Shown here: positions 40,536-51,187 of the stretch, in pieces
Layout of the letters: every line of letters starts with the position of its first letter
Numbering within the stretch: the stretch's first letter is position 1
Assembly: GCA_951813565.1 (NCBI GenBank)
Contig: OX638351.1
Coordinates: 3,872,001-3,936,000, forward strand
Direction: 5' to 3'
Source: an uncultured Poribacteria bacterium
GTDB lineage: Bacteria > Poribacteria > WGA-4E > WGA-3G
Length of the DNA stretch: 64,000 nt
Translations under genes and position numbers: made by a program
Notes under the pieces: model-generated
The model's database searches: none
Told to the model about the DNA's origin: nothing
What the model saw: the letters and a program-made list of their open reading frames with translations, nothing else

Positions 40536-41640
40536 TTATTTTATCATGTTAACTGCGAGTTTAGGTTTTGAAGCGAGATATTTGATTGTATCAGAAATAG
40601 CTGTATACCCTGCAAATCGTCCTACCGATAATGCTGTATTACGATTTGCTGCCATGACTTGTGGTATAGAACCGCATCGGACAGGCGAGGCATCTTCTAC
40701 AAGCACCGTCCCCCGCATCCAGTGCAACTTGTTCTCTATTGACCAATGTCCACGCCGTCCAGTCAGTAAGCGTTCGGCAGATGCTGCTGCGGGATTTAGA
40801 CTTGTTATACCATAGTGGACTTTGTGTGTTTCTTCTTGTGTGTTCAGACTTTTGTCCGTCCAATGATATTGGATCACTTGTGCTATCCCTGGCCAGTCCA
40901 GATACGCATTGAGACTTGTGCTTGCTTTGGGACACCTTGTCTCAAGTCTACCATGTGATTTTTCAACTGTCTCGTAAATGTGGATCGGTTTTCCTAAAAC
41001 AGGGTGTGTTGTCTCCTCAGAAAGTGTGTCAGGAACGTCTTGAAAAAGTTTGTCAATCGCATCTAAAAGGTGAGGTTGGTTGTCTTTGACAGGGAGCACA
41101 TAGTCGCCTTCACGCTCTATGATGGCGTGGCAGAAAGTTCGCTGTGTCAAAAGCGCATCCGGGGAATGCCAAACGCGCATTCGGACCGTTGATTTGGTTG
41201 TGATGACTTTACCCCTCACATCAAAGGTCTTGAGGATCTCTGTTGAGATCGGTATTTCGTTGGTTTTGTTGCTAACACTTTGCTGTGTGAGGGTAGCCCC
41301 TAACTCATGCGAAACGACAGAGAGCAAGTGGCTTATTATCGCACCACTTTTTGGGAGGCACGCATCGTTTTGCCATCTATAGCGACTGCGTCAAGGCATC
41401 CTGTCAAATCCGGACGACTTCTAACACGGTGTTTACCCATTGTGTCAGGGTTTCTTCTAATGCCTCAATATCTAACTTTTTCAATAGATTATGGATAGTT
41501 GAAGCACAAGGTGTTATCTTCTTTGTGAAATCGAGTGCTGGTTGTGAGCGGGCCCAAATAGCGATAGATGTCGTTTCCCTTTATTCTTGCGGGATCTGAA
41601 AGTTTTGCTAACATATCTATTAAGTGGCAAGATTTTCTTC
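40536..41640 (-). pseudogene. Degraded ISAs1-family transposase
   Basis: AIDGKT, NEIP, DALLTQ, VKDNQ, HGRLETR and HWSIENKLHW motifs; 5' part (RKNKGKRH) out of frame; 36-bp insertion at 41161-41196; 5' boundary approximate. Confidence 0.8.
41161..41196 (+). repeat. 36-bp hairpin-GTTGATT unit inside the ISAs1 gene
   Basis: GGGGAATGCCAAACGCGCATTCGGACCGTTGATTTG; removal restores KVITTDALL. Confidence 0.85.
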
Positions 41641-41912
41641 TTGTCATTATTCACCTCAAAATAGGTCGTTTTAAGGTGAACTATAGCAGATATGGTGTAA
41701 AAAAACACGCTATATCTGCTTTTCATAAAAAATAAACACTTGTGAAAAAATTTCGAAAACTGAATAACTCTGATTCTAAAATGTATGGATTGAATATTAA
41801 AAGGAATTCGGCTAAAATACTGTTAAAAAAGCGAATTATAGGCACAACAAATTACTGACATAGATATTATTTAACAGATTGTGCCTTGTACACAGTCAAA
41901 ACAGGATTTAAC

Positions 41913-42707
41913 ATGCAAAACACGAAACCCCGACAATATTGGGAAGATTACGCATCACGATTTAAAAATAGGAGTTTAGTAGAAGCGTACGAGTTCCGAC
42001 CTCCCTATCCAGAGGAGACTTATAAGATACTTTTAAGTTTGTTGGGAGAATCGCGAGGGAGAGTGTTAGACGTCGGATGTGGTACAGGGAAGATTGCACG
42101 CTCGCTTGTCAATCACGTAGACGGTGTTGATGCAGTTGACTTCTCACAGGAAATGATTCGCGTAGGAAAGTCGCTCTCCAATGGCAATCATCCAAACCTC
42201 CGATGGATCAATGGACGTGTTGAAGATGTTCAGTTGTATCCACCCTACTGCATGGTAACAGCTGGAGCAAGTATTCACTGGATGGAGTGGGACGTAGTTT
42301 TTCCAAAATTCGAGGATGTGTTGACAACAGATGGCTATCTCGTAATCATTAACGGAGATCGTCCAATTGGAGCGCCTTGGCATGACGCAGAACTTTCATT
42401 GATCCGCAAGTATTCTACTAACAAGCACTATAAGCAGATTGATCTGGTTCAAGAACTCGCGGATAGGAGACACATACACCTGATTGGAGATAAACGGATA
42501 AAACCGGTTAACTTCTCGCAACCGCTGACAGACTATGTTCAATCATTTCATTCAAGACAAAGTATGTCCAAGGAGGACATGGGAGAAGAAAACGTCAGAA
42601 ACTTTGATGCTAAATTATCCCAAATCTTGAGCAACTTTGTTGATACTGACGGATTCCTTAGTTTTCAATTAGAAACAAGGGTGACTTGGGGTAGACCTTT
42701 GAGATAA
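41913..42707 (+). CDS. Class I SAM-dependent methyltransferase
   Basis: RPPYP, VLDVGCGTG, AVDFS, IHWM. Confidence 0.85.
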   Translation: MQNTKPRQYWEDYASRFKNRSLVEAYEFRPPYPEETYKILLSLLGESRGRVLDVGCGTGKIARSLVNHVDGVDAVDFSQEMIRVGKSLSNGNHPNLRWINGRVEDVQLYPPYCMVTAGASIHWMEWDVVFPKFEDVLTTDGYLVIINGDRPIGAPWHDAELSLIRKYSTNKHYKQIDLVQELADRRHIHLIGDKRIKPVNFSQPLTDYVQSFHSRQSMSKEDMGEENVRNFDAKLSQILSNFVDTDGFLSFQLETRVTWGRPLR

Positions 42708-42745
42708 GACGAAGAATTATACATCAACCCATGTCCAGAATGAGA

Positions 42746-44842
42746 TTACCGCTTCTCGGTTCCTTCGAGAAGATTGAAACGTAGGTCACCATCGATTGAT
42801 AGGATGGTACAACTACACCAACCCCATCTTTTGTATTTTTCCTTTCCACGAGTATATATCACCTGAGTTAGTTGTTCATCAGTAACCTCGATTCTATAAG
42901 TCTTTGAAATTCTATCGCTTCCAGCAGGTATCTGCAATCGCTGTATCTTCCTTTCACCATTCGCAATTAGGTTTACCTCTAACGGTTCAGATTCACTTAA
43001 ACCAAAATAACATATTACCTCGTATGTTCCATTAGGAAGTGTGACACGAAAAACGCCATCTTCCTCTCCCAAAATGCTATCTCTGTGCATCTGTTGAACT
43101 CCAGATTCACTTTTATAGTCGTCCTTTTCTGACTGTGTTAGCCAACCGTATTGCCCATCGGTGAAAGCTGTATCCGTATACACAGGAATAAATCCGGGTG
43201 CTGTCTGCGCGTCACGGGGTTGCATGTCAAATGCTATTCCAACTGTGCCTTTCCACAGTTGGGCGTCCGGTAAGAAACGCTTGCGTCGATACAGACGATT
43301 GTAATCGTTGGAATCAACCAATTCGTATTCTTCTTCTAAACCTTCAACATCATCATATTCTGTCCGCCATACGATAATAAAGTCAGCAGGTAGATCTTTT
43401 TCCTTATACCGTAGAGGGAAATGGTCTGTATTTGCTTCATAGTTATTAAGATAGGCGATCCCCTTTTTCATTGCAAGTAGGCATTCAATGTGTCCGAAGG
43501 GTTCAACATACTCAGGTTCAAAACCGAGTGAGTCTGATAAACCATTCCATTCTCCGGGTATACTTTCGAGAATTGTATGTTTCTCATCCATTCCTTCCAA
43601 TGAAAGAGCGTTAGCAATGTCTCGATTCAACATCGTGTATGTATGAACATTATATCCGAGATGACATAAAGATAGCACAATGATGATCCCTGCTACCCCG
43701 TAGTTGACATACCGATGCAGGTTAATGGCAAAGAACGGAAACAATATCAGGAATATGTAAAGATGGAAACGATCATTTAACCAACCTCCGCTAAAGCCAG
43801 ACCACGGAGATATGAAATACATCGCTGTGACGAGGACTGCCATAATAAGAAATCCATCCGTTTGTGTTATAATACGAGTCCAGAGCCGTTCCTCAGATGT
43901 GTCTAATTCCCTTTGATAATCCCGGACTCTGTTAATAACTGTGAGCACAAAAGCGATACCGAAAAGTGTCAACAACATCCGTCCGATAAGCACATGATCG
44001 TCCCGAAAGGCAACTAACGATTTCATAGAGAAGAAGTAGTTTGTGAGCCATTCAAAACCTCTATGGTCTCCTTCATTCCCGTGTGTGTTAACAAGGTAAA
44101 GGTAGTAGGAAAACAGGATAAAGTAAGCAGGCAAAAGCGTAACGATAAAAATCAATTTAGGTTTGAGTTTCATCACCGCGTCCTTGAATAGACTTATCGG
44201 TGAGCGTGTTGTTTTCTTGTAACCCCATACCTCGTGTAATATCTCGTAAACCGATAAGAAAAACGCAAAGAACGTCAGTGATATAATAAGCAACGCATAG
44301 GAGTGGTAGTGGGTGAAGTATGTCGCCAACAGCAATATGTAGATGACCACAATGTTTGTCCACCGCAGTTTATCGTTGATTCTCCACCAGTACCCCATCG
44401 TAAAGAAAAACAGAGACATGCTGAGAACAAAATTGTAGAATCCCATGTGAAGTAGGTAGTTGTAGGCATAGATAAATCCAACTAATCCGAAAACTATATT
44501 TTTCTTCTGTACACCGTTCAAAAAATAAAAAAGAGACAACGGTAAAAGACCGATGCAGAGGGTAAGCACAATCTTTTCACAAATAAGAGGTGGAAAGATG
44601 TATAAAAGTAATAGCAGAAATGCGTGGGATGTCCAGTTAGGAAAAAGGGTAGGATTTAGTTCGTAGACTTCCCGTAATCGGTAGTTTTCGTGATTGTGGT
44701 ATTCCTTCAGAACATAAGCATTATAGATATGACTTGCTCCATCCTGAGTGGGAAAATACTTAAAACCCCAGACCGGCAGGAGATGTATTACCAACAACGC
44801 AATAACAGTAATATATCCAATAGATAATCGACTTTTTCTCAT
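42746..44842 (-). CDS. Multi-pass membrane protein, paralog of 2845-4962
   Basis: FPTQDGASHIYNA, FPNWTSH, MGFYNF, NYEAN and FDMQP shared with 2845-4962. Confidence 0.6.
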   Translation of the reverse strand: MRKSRLSIGYITVIALLVIHLLPVWGFKYFPTQDGASHIYNAYVLKEYHNHENYRLREVYELNPTLFPNWTSHAFLLLLLYIFPPLICEKIVLTLCIGLLPLSLFYFLNGVQKKNIVFGLVGFIYAYNYLLHMGFYNFVLSMSLFFFTMGYWWRINDKLRWTNIVVIYILLLATYFTHYHSYALLIISLTFFAFFLSVYEILHEVWGYKKTTRSPISLFKDAVMKLKPKLIFIVTLLPAYFILFSYYLYLVNTHGNEGDHRGFEWLTNYFFSMKSLVAFRDDHVLIGRMLLTLFGIAFVLTVINRVRDYQRELDTSEERLWTRIITQTDGFLIMAVLVTAMYFISPWSGFSGGWLNDRFHLYIFLILFPFFAINLHRYVNYGVAGIIIVLSLCHLGYNVHTYTMLNRDIANALSLEGMDEKHTILESIPGEWNGLSDSLGFEPEYVEPFGHIECLLAMKKGIAYLNNYEANTDHFPLRYKEKDLPADFIIVWRTEYDDVEGLEEEYELVDSNDYNRLYRRKRFLPDAQLWKGTVGIAFDMQPRDAQTAPGFIPVYTDTAFTDGQYGWLTQSEKDDYKSESGVQQMHRDSILGEEDGVFRVTLPNGTYEVICYFGLSESEPLEVNLIANGERKIQRLQIPAGSDRISKTYRIEVTDEQLTQVIYTRGKEKYKRWGWCSCTILSIDGDLRFNLLEGTEKR

Positions 44843-45041
44843 TATTCCTCTAAACTCACTAACGCGGGTTCTCTTATTACCTGTCTGAAATTCCACGAGC
44901 AATCAGAAAAGTACTACCACATTCGATTGAAAAAGTCAAGCACAGACTCTGATTTCTCTTGACTCATCCTGATAGAAACGGTATACTCGCAAAGAATCAA
45001 ATGCTTTTCATGGGATTAAACTTACAGAAAGTAAATTTGGA

Positions 45042-45641
45042 GTGCCAGTGAATATTCCAAACATTTTTATTATCGGAGAAGATTCACAAGCAGGAACCTA
45101 TATTCTGCGAATTCGACTTAAAGAAGATACCGAATTACAATTTGGACGATTTAAGAAAGGCAAATTGATTCCACTCCCCGCTGGAGATTACACTTATGTA
45201 GGTTCCGCACTGTCGGAAAAAGGCGCAACTTCACTTGCTCGACGACTTGTTCGTCATGCCACACGCAGCGGCGATAAACCGCCACACACTATCAGAGATG
45301 ATATGCTAATGCAATTCCGGAAATGTGATTTGGGACCGCCCGACCCGTTACCAAAAAGCGGCAAAAAATTGTTTTGGAACATCGATTTTATGCTGGATTT
45401 AGAATCATCTGAGATAACCAACATTATAGCGATTCGTTCTCCTGAACGTTTAGAATCTACAATTGCCGAGTTACTTGAACACAATCCGGACACACAGATA
45501 ATTGAAAAAAGTTTAGGCGCGAATGATGCACCGCGTAATACCCATGTTTTACGCGTCAAGACAGATGATACGTGGTGGGCATCTATCGCTGAAAACATGC
45601 AAGAAAACTTCTTATATCATACAGACGATACTGAAATTTAA
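45042..45641 (+). CDS. GIY-YIG-like nuclease (DUF123/Uri family)
   Basis: GTYIL...YTYVGSA, RRLVRH, FWNIDF. Confidence 0.7.
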   Translation: MPVNIPNIFIIGEDSQAGTYILRIRLKEDTELQFGRFKKGKLIPLPAGDYTYVGSALSEKGATSLARRLVRHATRSGDKPPHTIRDDMLMQFRKCDLGPPDPLPKSGKKLFWNIDFMLDLESSEITNIIAIRSPERLESTIAELLEHNPDTQIIEKSLGANDAPRNTHVLRVKTDDTWWASIAENMQENFLYHTDDTEI

Positions 45642-45659
45642 AACCGTTTCAGAGGTAAT

Positions 45660-46775
45660 ATGCACGACCCAAGACTTGATAAACTCGCAAACGTACTTAC
45701 AACCCATTCCACCAAAGTCCAACCCGGTGAATTTGTCCTAATTGAAGCCATTGACATTCCGCAGGAAATGGTGATTGCACTTATCCGTGCTGTCCGAAAA
45801 GCAGGTGGAATTCCACTCGTTGAACTCAAGCAAAACCGCATTCAACGAGAAATCATTCTTGGTGGAGACGATGCTGGCATAAAACTGATTGGTGAATATG
45901 AAATATATCGGATAAAAAAGGTTCAGGCTTATATCGGCATACGGGGCAGCCATAACATTACCGAAATGTCTGATGTTCCATCGGAGGCGATGCAGCGCTA
46001 TCAAAAGTATTGGCTACGTCCGCTCAATGATATCCGTGTGCCACGTACAAAATGGGTTGTGTTACGATGGCCCCTACCAGCAATGGCACAGCAGGCAAAG
46101 ATGAGCACAGAGGCGTTTGAGGATTACTATTTTGACGTTTGCACACTTGACTATAGCCGAATGGAACGCGCGATGGGACCCCTCAAGTCCCTGATGGAGG
46201 AAACGGATGAAGTTCACATCGTAGGTGCAGGCACCGATCTTCGGTTCAGCATTAAGGACATTCCTGTCATTCCGTGCACAGGCGAGTGTAACATCCCTGA
46301 TGGCGAGTGCTTCACTGCACCTGTCCGCGATTCTGTCAACGGCACTATCCATTTCAATACGCCCACAATCTATCAGGGAACAACATTTACTGACATTCGA
46401 CTCCGCTTTGAAAATGGTAAAATCGTTGAAGCATCTGCAAATTATACCGAAAAGTTGAATGCTATTCTTGATACAGACGAAGGCGCACGTTATATCGGAG
46501 AGTTTGCTATCGCGTTCAATCCATACATTACAAACCCGATGCTTGATATCTTATTTGATGAAAAAATCGCTGGCTCGTTTCATTTTACACCCGGACAGGC
46601 TTATGAAGAAGCAGATAACGGTGTTAGGTCAGCTGTCCATTGGGATATGGTGATGATTCAAACACCAGAATACGGCGGCGGTGAAATGTATTTTGATGGA
46701 AAACTTATTCGGAAAGATGGACGGTTTGTTCACCCAGAATTGGATGCATTAAATCCGGAAAATCTAATCAGTTAA
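45660..46775 (+). CDS. Aminopeptidase, M29 (AmpS/PepS) family
   Basis: [29 protein letters not shown]. Confidence 0.9.
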   Translation: MHDPRLDKLANVLTTHSTKVQPGEFVLIEAIDIPQEMVIALIRAVRKAGGIPLVELKQNRIQREIILGGDDAGIKLIGEYEIYRIKKVQAYIGIRGSHNITEMSDVPSEAMQRYQKYWLRPLNDIRVPRTKWVVLRWPLPAMAQQAKMSTEAFEDYYFDVCTLDYSRMERAMGPLKSLMEETDEVHIVGAGTDLRFSIKDIPVIPCTGECNIPDGECFTAPVRDSVNGTIHFNTPTIYQGTTFTDIRLRFENGKIVEASANYTEKLNAILDTDEGARYIGEFAIAFNPYITNPMLDILFDEKIAGSFHFTPGQAYEEADNGVRSAVHWDMVMIQTPEYGGGEMYFDGKLIRKDGRFVHPELDALNPENLIS

Positions 46776-46790
46776 TAAAGAGGAAAAAAT

Positions 46791-48227
46791 ATGTCACAAT
46801 CTCCTAATATTTTATTTTTACTCACCGATCAGCAACGTTTTGATTCATTAGGCTGCAACGGTGCCACTGTTTGTCAAACACCTGTGGTAGACCATATCGC
46901 TGCAACCGGGATGCGTTTCACAAAAGCGTATACACCAATAGCACTCTGTTCCCCCGCACGCGGGTCTTTACTCACTGGACTCTATCCCCATAATCATGGG
47001 CAACTCTCAAACATGGGTAATTTCAACGCGGTATTTTCAGATCAGATTCTCGACAAACCTGCATATCCACAATTACTTAAAGCTGCTGGATACAACGTGG
47101 CGTGTGTCGGAAAATGGCATCTGGCAAAACAAGGCGATACTGAGTTTTGGGGATACGACAAGTGGCATCCGTATAGTGAATGGCATCAGTGGCTTCGTGA
47201 TGATGGGATTGATTTTAGGATTGACCGAGACGCTGTGCAACCTTATGAATGGGGTGGAGAGGCACCTTTCTACGGCAGACTTCCGCTTCCTGTTGAGCGA
47301 ACGATGGAGGCATGGACAGCAGATAAAACCATTGAATTAATCAACGGCTATACTAATTCTGAGCAACCTTTTATGATTGCCGCTAATTTCTTCGGACCGC
47401 ATTTCCCGTATGCTGTTCCTGCACCTTACGATATGATGTACGACCCAGATTCTGTTGAACGATGGGGCAATTTTGACGAACAGTTCATCAACAAACCACT
47501 TATCCAACAGAAAGAGATGCTCCGATGGAACGCGAGTCATTTGACTTGGCCCGACTGGCAGAAAGTCATCGCAGCGTATTGGGGTTTTTGCACCTTCATT
47601 GATGACCAAGTTCTACGGATTTTCAATTGTCTTGAAGAAAAAGGTTTAGCAGAAAACACTATCGTCATCTTTTCAACTGACCACGGTGACATGCTCGGTA
47701 GCCATCGACTTTTCAACAAAGGATTTCACATGTATGAAGAGACACATCACATTCCACTTGTGGTCCGATGGCCAGGGGTGACATCACCAGGAACGACTTG
47801 TCATGAATTTGTTAACCTTGTTGACCTTATGCCGACATTTTTGGAAATCGGTGGTGCAGCAATGCCTAATAATCTTGATGGAAGGTCTATCGTACCGCTA
47901 CTCAGAGGCGAAACCGTAACGGATTGGCCGGATGACGTATTCGCTGAATTTCATGGATACGAACCAACACTTGCCACTGTACGGATGGTGCGTACCGATT
48001 CGTGGAAATACGTCTACAATCCATACAGTGAAGATGAACTTTACGATATGCAGAGCGACCCCCATGAACTTCACAATCTCGCAACACATCTCGGATACAA
48101 GCACGTATTGCGCCGCATGAAAGACCGTATGGTCAAACGGCTGCGCGAAACGAAAGATAATATCGTCACGGAAGGTGGGTGGCAGAGCAATTCGTTTGAT
48201 CTGTTAATCTCTGATCGGGAAAGATAG
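46791..48227 (+). CDS. Cys-type sulfatase
   Basis: TDQQR, CSPARGSLLTG, GKWHL, DHGD. Confidence 0.93.
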   Translation: MSQSPNILFLLTDQQRFDSLGCNGATVCQTPVVDHIAATGMRFTKAYTPIALCSPARGSLLTGLYPHNHGQLSNMGNFNAVFSDQILDKPAYPQLLKAAGYNVACVGKWHLAKQGDTEFWGYDKWHPYSEWHQWLRDDGIDFRIDRDAVQPYEWGGEAPFYGRLPLPVERTMEAWTADKTIELINGYTNSEQPFMIAANFFGPHFPYAVPAPYDMMYDPDSVERWGNFDEQFINKPLIQQKEMLRWNASHLTWPDWQKVIAAYWGFCTFIDDQVLRIFNCLEEKGLAENTIVIFSTDHGDMLGSHRLFNKGFHMYEETHHIPLVVRWPGVTSPGTTCHEFVNLVDLMPTFLEIGGAAMPNNLDGRSIVPLLRGETVTDWPDDVFAEFHGYEPTLATVRMVRTDSWKYVYNPYSEDELYDMQSDPHELHNLATHLGYKHVLRRMKDRMVKRLRETKDNIVTEGGWQSNSFDLLISDRER

Positions 48228-48332
48228 CTATGTTACAGTGAAATCTAAAATTAACGACTTGTGCTAGTTAACTGTTTATTTTTGTTGTTTTCACACATAT
48301 TGGGTTTTTTTCTATAAACATATCGTCCCTAC

Positions 48333-48366
48333 CAAATCAACGCCAAATGCGCTTATGGCATTTGGC
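48333..48366 (-). repeat. 34-bp hairpin-GTTGATT unit
   Basis: CAAATCAACGCCAAATGCGCTTATGGCATTTGGC; removal restores the palindrome GTCCCTAC^GGGAC. Confidence 0.85.
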
Positions 48367-48543
48367 GGGACTGAAGAGCATATCAACCAGTAGGAAACAC
48401 GGACAAAACGTTCTGCTTATGTGAAATAGTATGTTGCAAAAAGTTATTTAGCACAACTCGTAAAATTACTTGGACAATTCTTTATAGGTTTGCTGCGTTT
48501 GTAGTCGCGCAATTCATTGCGCCTCTTCCTGTAGGAGCGACCC

Positions 48544-48576
48544 GCCAAATGCCAAAAGCGCATTTGGCGTTGATTC
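48544..48576 (+). repeat. 33-bp hairpin-GTTGATT unit
   Basis: GCCAAATGCCAAAAGCGCATTTGGCGTTGATTC; removal restores GTAGGAGCGACCC^GCAGGTCGCGAC (compare the uninterrupted REP at ~24763-24787). Confidence 0.85.
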
Positions 48577-48692
48577 GCAGGTCGCGACTTTAAAACTGTA
48601 GAACACTTTGTCCGTGCCGAGTGACAATGTCCAGTTAATTCTAAAATCCACTATAAATGCCTCACAAAATAAGCGGTTGATTCCTTATTTGA

Positions 48693-49466
48693 ATGAAGCA
48701 GGAGTTCAAATCAATGCCACAACAAGATGCAATAGAACATCTTGAAACATTTGGCTATTGCCTAATTGAGGATGCGATCCCTATAGAAAAAGCAGATGCA
48801 ATGGCGGAGAAATACTTCAAACTTCACCAAAATCCAGCGAATTGTGAAACTTTTCAAGACCCCAACGCTGATTTGTATGAAACCCTTTTCGGAGTGGTCA
48901 ATCTTGATGAGATGTGTTGGGAATGCATCGCACATCCGCAAGTGCTGCAAGTCGTCCGCCATTTTCTCGGCGATAGCGCGCGGTTGGGGGAGGCATGCAC
49001 AAAGTGGGTCAAACCACGTGCACCACAAGGTGGTATACACTCCGATTCTACACACGACTTGCCATCGCGCTTGCCCGAAACACCGTGGATGATTAATTCA
49101 ATCTGGATGATAACAGATTTCACAGTTGAGAATGGAGCGACGCTTGTCGTGCCGTTTAGCCATCGCGCCCGGCGTAGACCAACGCAATCCGATATTACAG
49201 AAAGTCATCCGGTGTCCGTCTGTGGAAAACGGGGTTCGGTACTATTGTGGCACGGTGGAACATGGCACGGACAGGGCGCGAACACAACCGACAACCAACA
49301 TCGCATGGCGTTGAACATCGCTTATTATCCTGCTTGGTGGAATCTAATGCGGGAAGGTGGACACCAACCTGTTTTTCCAGAAACTTTTGCGCGAATGCCA
49401 GAAGACCTACAAGCACTTGTCCGACATAAGGTTGCGAAACGGCGTGAGGATATTTATGAGTTTTAA
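48693..49466 (+). CDS. Phytanoyl-CoA dioxygenase (PhyH) family protein
   Basis: HxD (IHSD), ENGAT.VVPFSH, WHG, R; start may be 48714. Confidence 0.88.
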   Translation: MKQEFKSMPQQDAIEHLETFGYCLIEDAIPIEKADAMAEKYFKLHQNPANCETFQDPNADLYETLFGVVNLDEMCWECIAHPQVLQVVRHFLGDSARLGEACTKWVKPRAPQGGIHSDSTHDLPSRLPETPWMINSIWMITDFTVENGATLVVPFSHRARRRPTQSDITESHPVSVCGKRGSVLLWHGGTWHGQGANTTDNQHRMALNIAYYPAWWNLMREGGHQPVFPETFARMPEDLQALVRHKVAKRREDIYEF

Positions 49467-49484
49467 TCTGACCAAGTACTCCCG

Positions 49485-49949
49485 TTATTGTTGTGCCGCA
49501 GTCCTGAGAACTGCCTTAGTAGTGTCCGAGATGTTAAGCGTTCTGAACACTGCATCGAACAACCCAACCAAATAATATGCCTGATGTTCGGTAGGACTGA
49601 GTTTGATTTCGCTTTCCTCTACCTCAACAAGAAAGTTGAAATGCCTTGATCTTTCGCCGGAACTGGATGTATGATCAAAAGAACCGAGATATTTCAGGAC
49701 AGATTTCACAATAAGTCCTGTTTCTTCTTGGACTTCTCGAGCGAGTGCTGTAAGTAGGTCTTCCCCCGCCTCCACGGTACCGCTTGGTATTTCAACAGAT
49801 CCACCCATGAAGTCAGATAGAACTCGTTCCAGGAGCAAGAATTTGTTATTCTTATAGATTACCGCACCCACAACCAGTTTTTGCACGCCATCTTTTTGAG
49901 AACTTGCGAGCAACTGCTGAATAATAGCGTGTTCAATGTTTGACTGCAT
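49485..49949 (-). CDS. NUDIX hydrolase
   Basis: Nudix box GTVEAGEDLLTALAREVQEETGL. Confidence 0.9.
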   Translation of the reverse strand: MQSNIEHAIIQQLLASSQKDGVQKLVVGAVIYKNNKFLLLERVLSDFMGGSVEIPSGTVEAGEDLLTALAREVQEETGLIVKSVLKYLGSFDHTSSSGERSRHFNFLVEVEESEIKLSPTEHQAYYLVGLFDAVFRTLNISDTTKAVLRTAAQQ

Positions 49950-49958
49950 ATTATGGTT

Positions 49959-50798
49959 CTATACCTTCACCACAAACTCACATCCCTGCTGGAACCACTC
50001 CCTGAGTATCGTATCCTCATTGTAAGTCCGTTTCGCCTGTGAACCTGTTGCTTGTGAGAGGTCAATTGTAGCAGAAACGATTTCATCACCGAAAAATCCT
50101 GCTTCTTTGATAACATTCCCGTTCGGATGAATTATTTTGGAGTTGCCATGTGACGACCCTGCTGCTCTTATATCATTTGGATTTGCTGGTGTGTTAGCCA
50201 TCACGAGATAAATCCCATTTTCTGTTGCACGCGAAATCGGCATAGCACGATACGCAGAGAGTTTATATTCCGACAACAATCCCGATTCACACGAGCAGAA
50301 AATACAGATTTGCGCGCCCATTGCCGCAGGTAATTTTACTAATTCTGGGTAACGAACATCATGACAAATGATGAAACAACAATCAACATCTGCCAACTGG
50401 ACAATCGGTAGTTTACCACGATTATTTGTACACCACTTCTCTCCAGCAAGGAATGTTTTCCCGTACCGGTATTTAAGGCTGCCTTGTTGATCGAATATCG
50501 CTAAGTCGTTGTGCCAATTCTCGCCATCGTGATGCACAGAACCGACAATGACTGCTATCTTGTAGCGGCGCGCAGCCTCTGCAATCTTCGCCTCTGCTTC
50601 TTTAAATACTTGTGGCGATATCTGTTTCCAATAAGCAGTATCACAGCAATAACCGAATAAACACCCTTCAGGAAATGCCGCAATCTGTATCTCCAGTTCT
50701 GCACACACTTCTATTTGTTGGAGCACTTTTGCGGTGCTGGCAGAGACATCTTTACTTGTAAGCAACTGACATGCTGCAATTTTAATATTATTCGCCAT
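49959..50798 (-). CDS. Carbon-nitrogen hydrolase (nitrilase superfamily)
   Basis: E-K-C triad: FPEG, YGK, ICHD. Confidence 0.88.
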   Translation of the reverse strand: MANNIKIAACQLLTSKDVSASTAKVLQQIEVCAELEIQIAAFPEGCLFGYCCDTAYWKQISPQVFKEAEAKIAEAARRYKIAVIVGSVHHDGENWHNDLAIFDQQGSLKYRYGKTFLAGEKWCTNNRGKLPIVQLADVDCCFIICHDVRYPELVKLPAAMGAQICIFCSCESGLLSEYKLSAYRAMPISRATENGIYLVMANTPANPNDIRAAGSSHGNSKIIHPNGNVIKEAGFFGDEIVSATIDLSQATGSQAKRTYNEDTILREWFQQGCEFVVKV

Positions 50799-50854
50799 TT
50801 AACTACTTCTCCTATGTTGTTTCAGTTGCTTACAATGTCCTGTGTTAATTACTC

Positions 50855-51187
50855 CTACTCTACAGCGTACCCCGTGTATTGTCGAATATCTGGCGAACGG
50901 AACCCTAAGACAATATGTTCTTTCGGAATACCAAATCGCTCTAATTCAGGTGCTATACCTTCAGTATTATCTTGTTGTATCCACAACTTTCCATCTATTA
51001 TATCAATCCGGACAACACAAGCATGAATCCGTTTGTGTTTCTGATACCCTCTTGTGATCCACAGATAGCGATCAGAATCTTTGTCAACGATAATTTCGTC
51101 GGTTAAATCACTGTGAGCGGGAGGCACCTCTGTATATTCACGAAAGACTTGCAATATAATCTCTCGATATTTTTTTATTCGTTCCAT
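50855..51187 (-). CDS. xisI: XisI family protein
   Basis: IDIIDGKLWIQQDNTE.GIA.EL...GIPKEHIVLGF. Confidence 0.88.
   Translation of the reverse strand: MERIKKYREIILQVFREYTEVPPAHSDLTDEIIVDKDSDRYLWITRGYQKHKRIHACVVRIDIIDGKLWIQQDNTEGIAPELERFGIPKEHIVLGFRSPDIRQYTGYAVE

Larger units (their letters stand above)
48234..48655. mobile_element. TATAGTG-type MITE interrupted by a second MITE (48254-48461), with REPs and two hairpin units
   Basis: Right TIR TGTCCAGTTAATTCTAAAATCCACTATA; left TIR is split by an element with ACGACTTGTGCTA/TAGCACAACTCGT ends and an AAAATTA duplication. Confidence 0.65.

Noticed and set aside
40536..41327. Active ISAs1 transposase
   Set aside because: The ORF is only the 3' part; the 5' region is frameshifted and a 36-bp insert lies beside a conserved Asp.
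48333..48576. Integron attC sites (GTT-led tail plus hairpin)
   Set aside because: GTTGATT does not fit GTTRRRY, the units are too short, junctions are at C^G rather than G^TT, and there is no integrase or cassette array.
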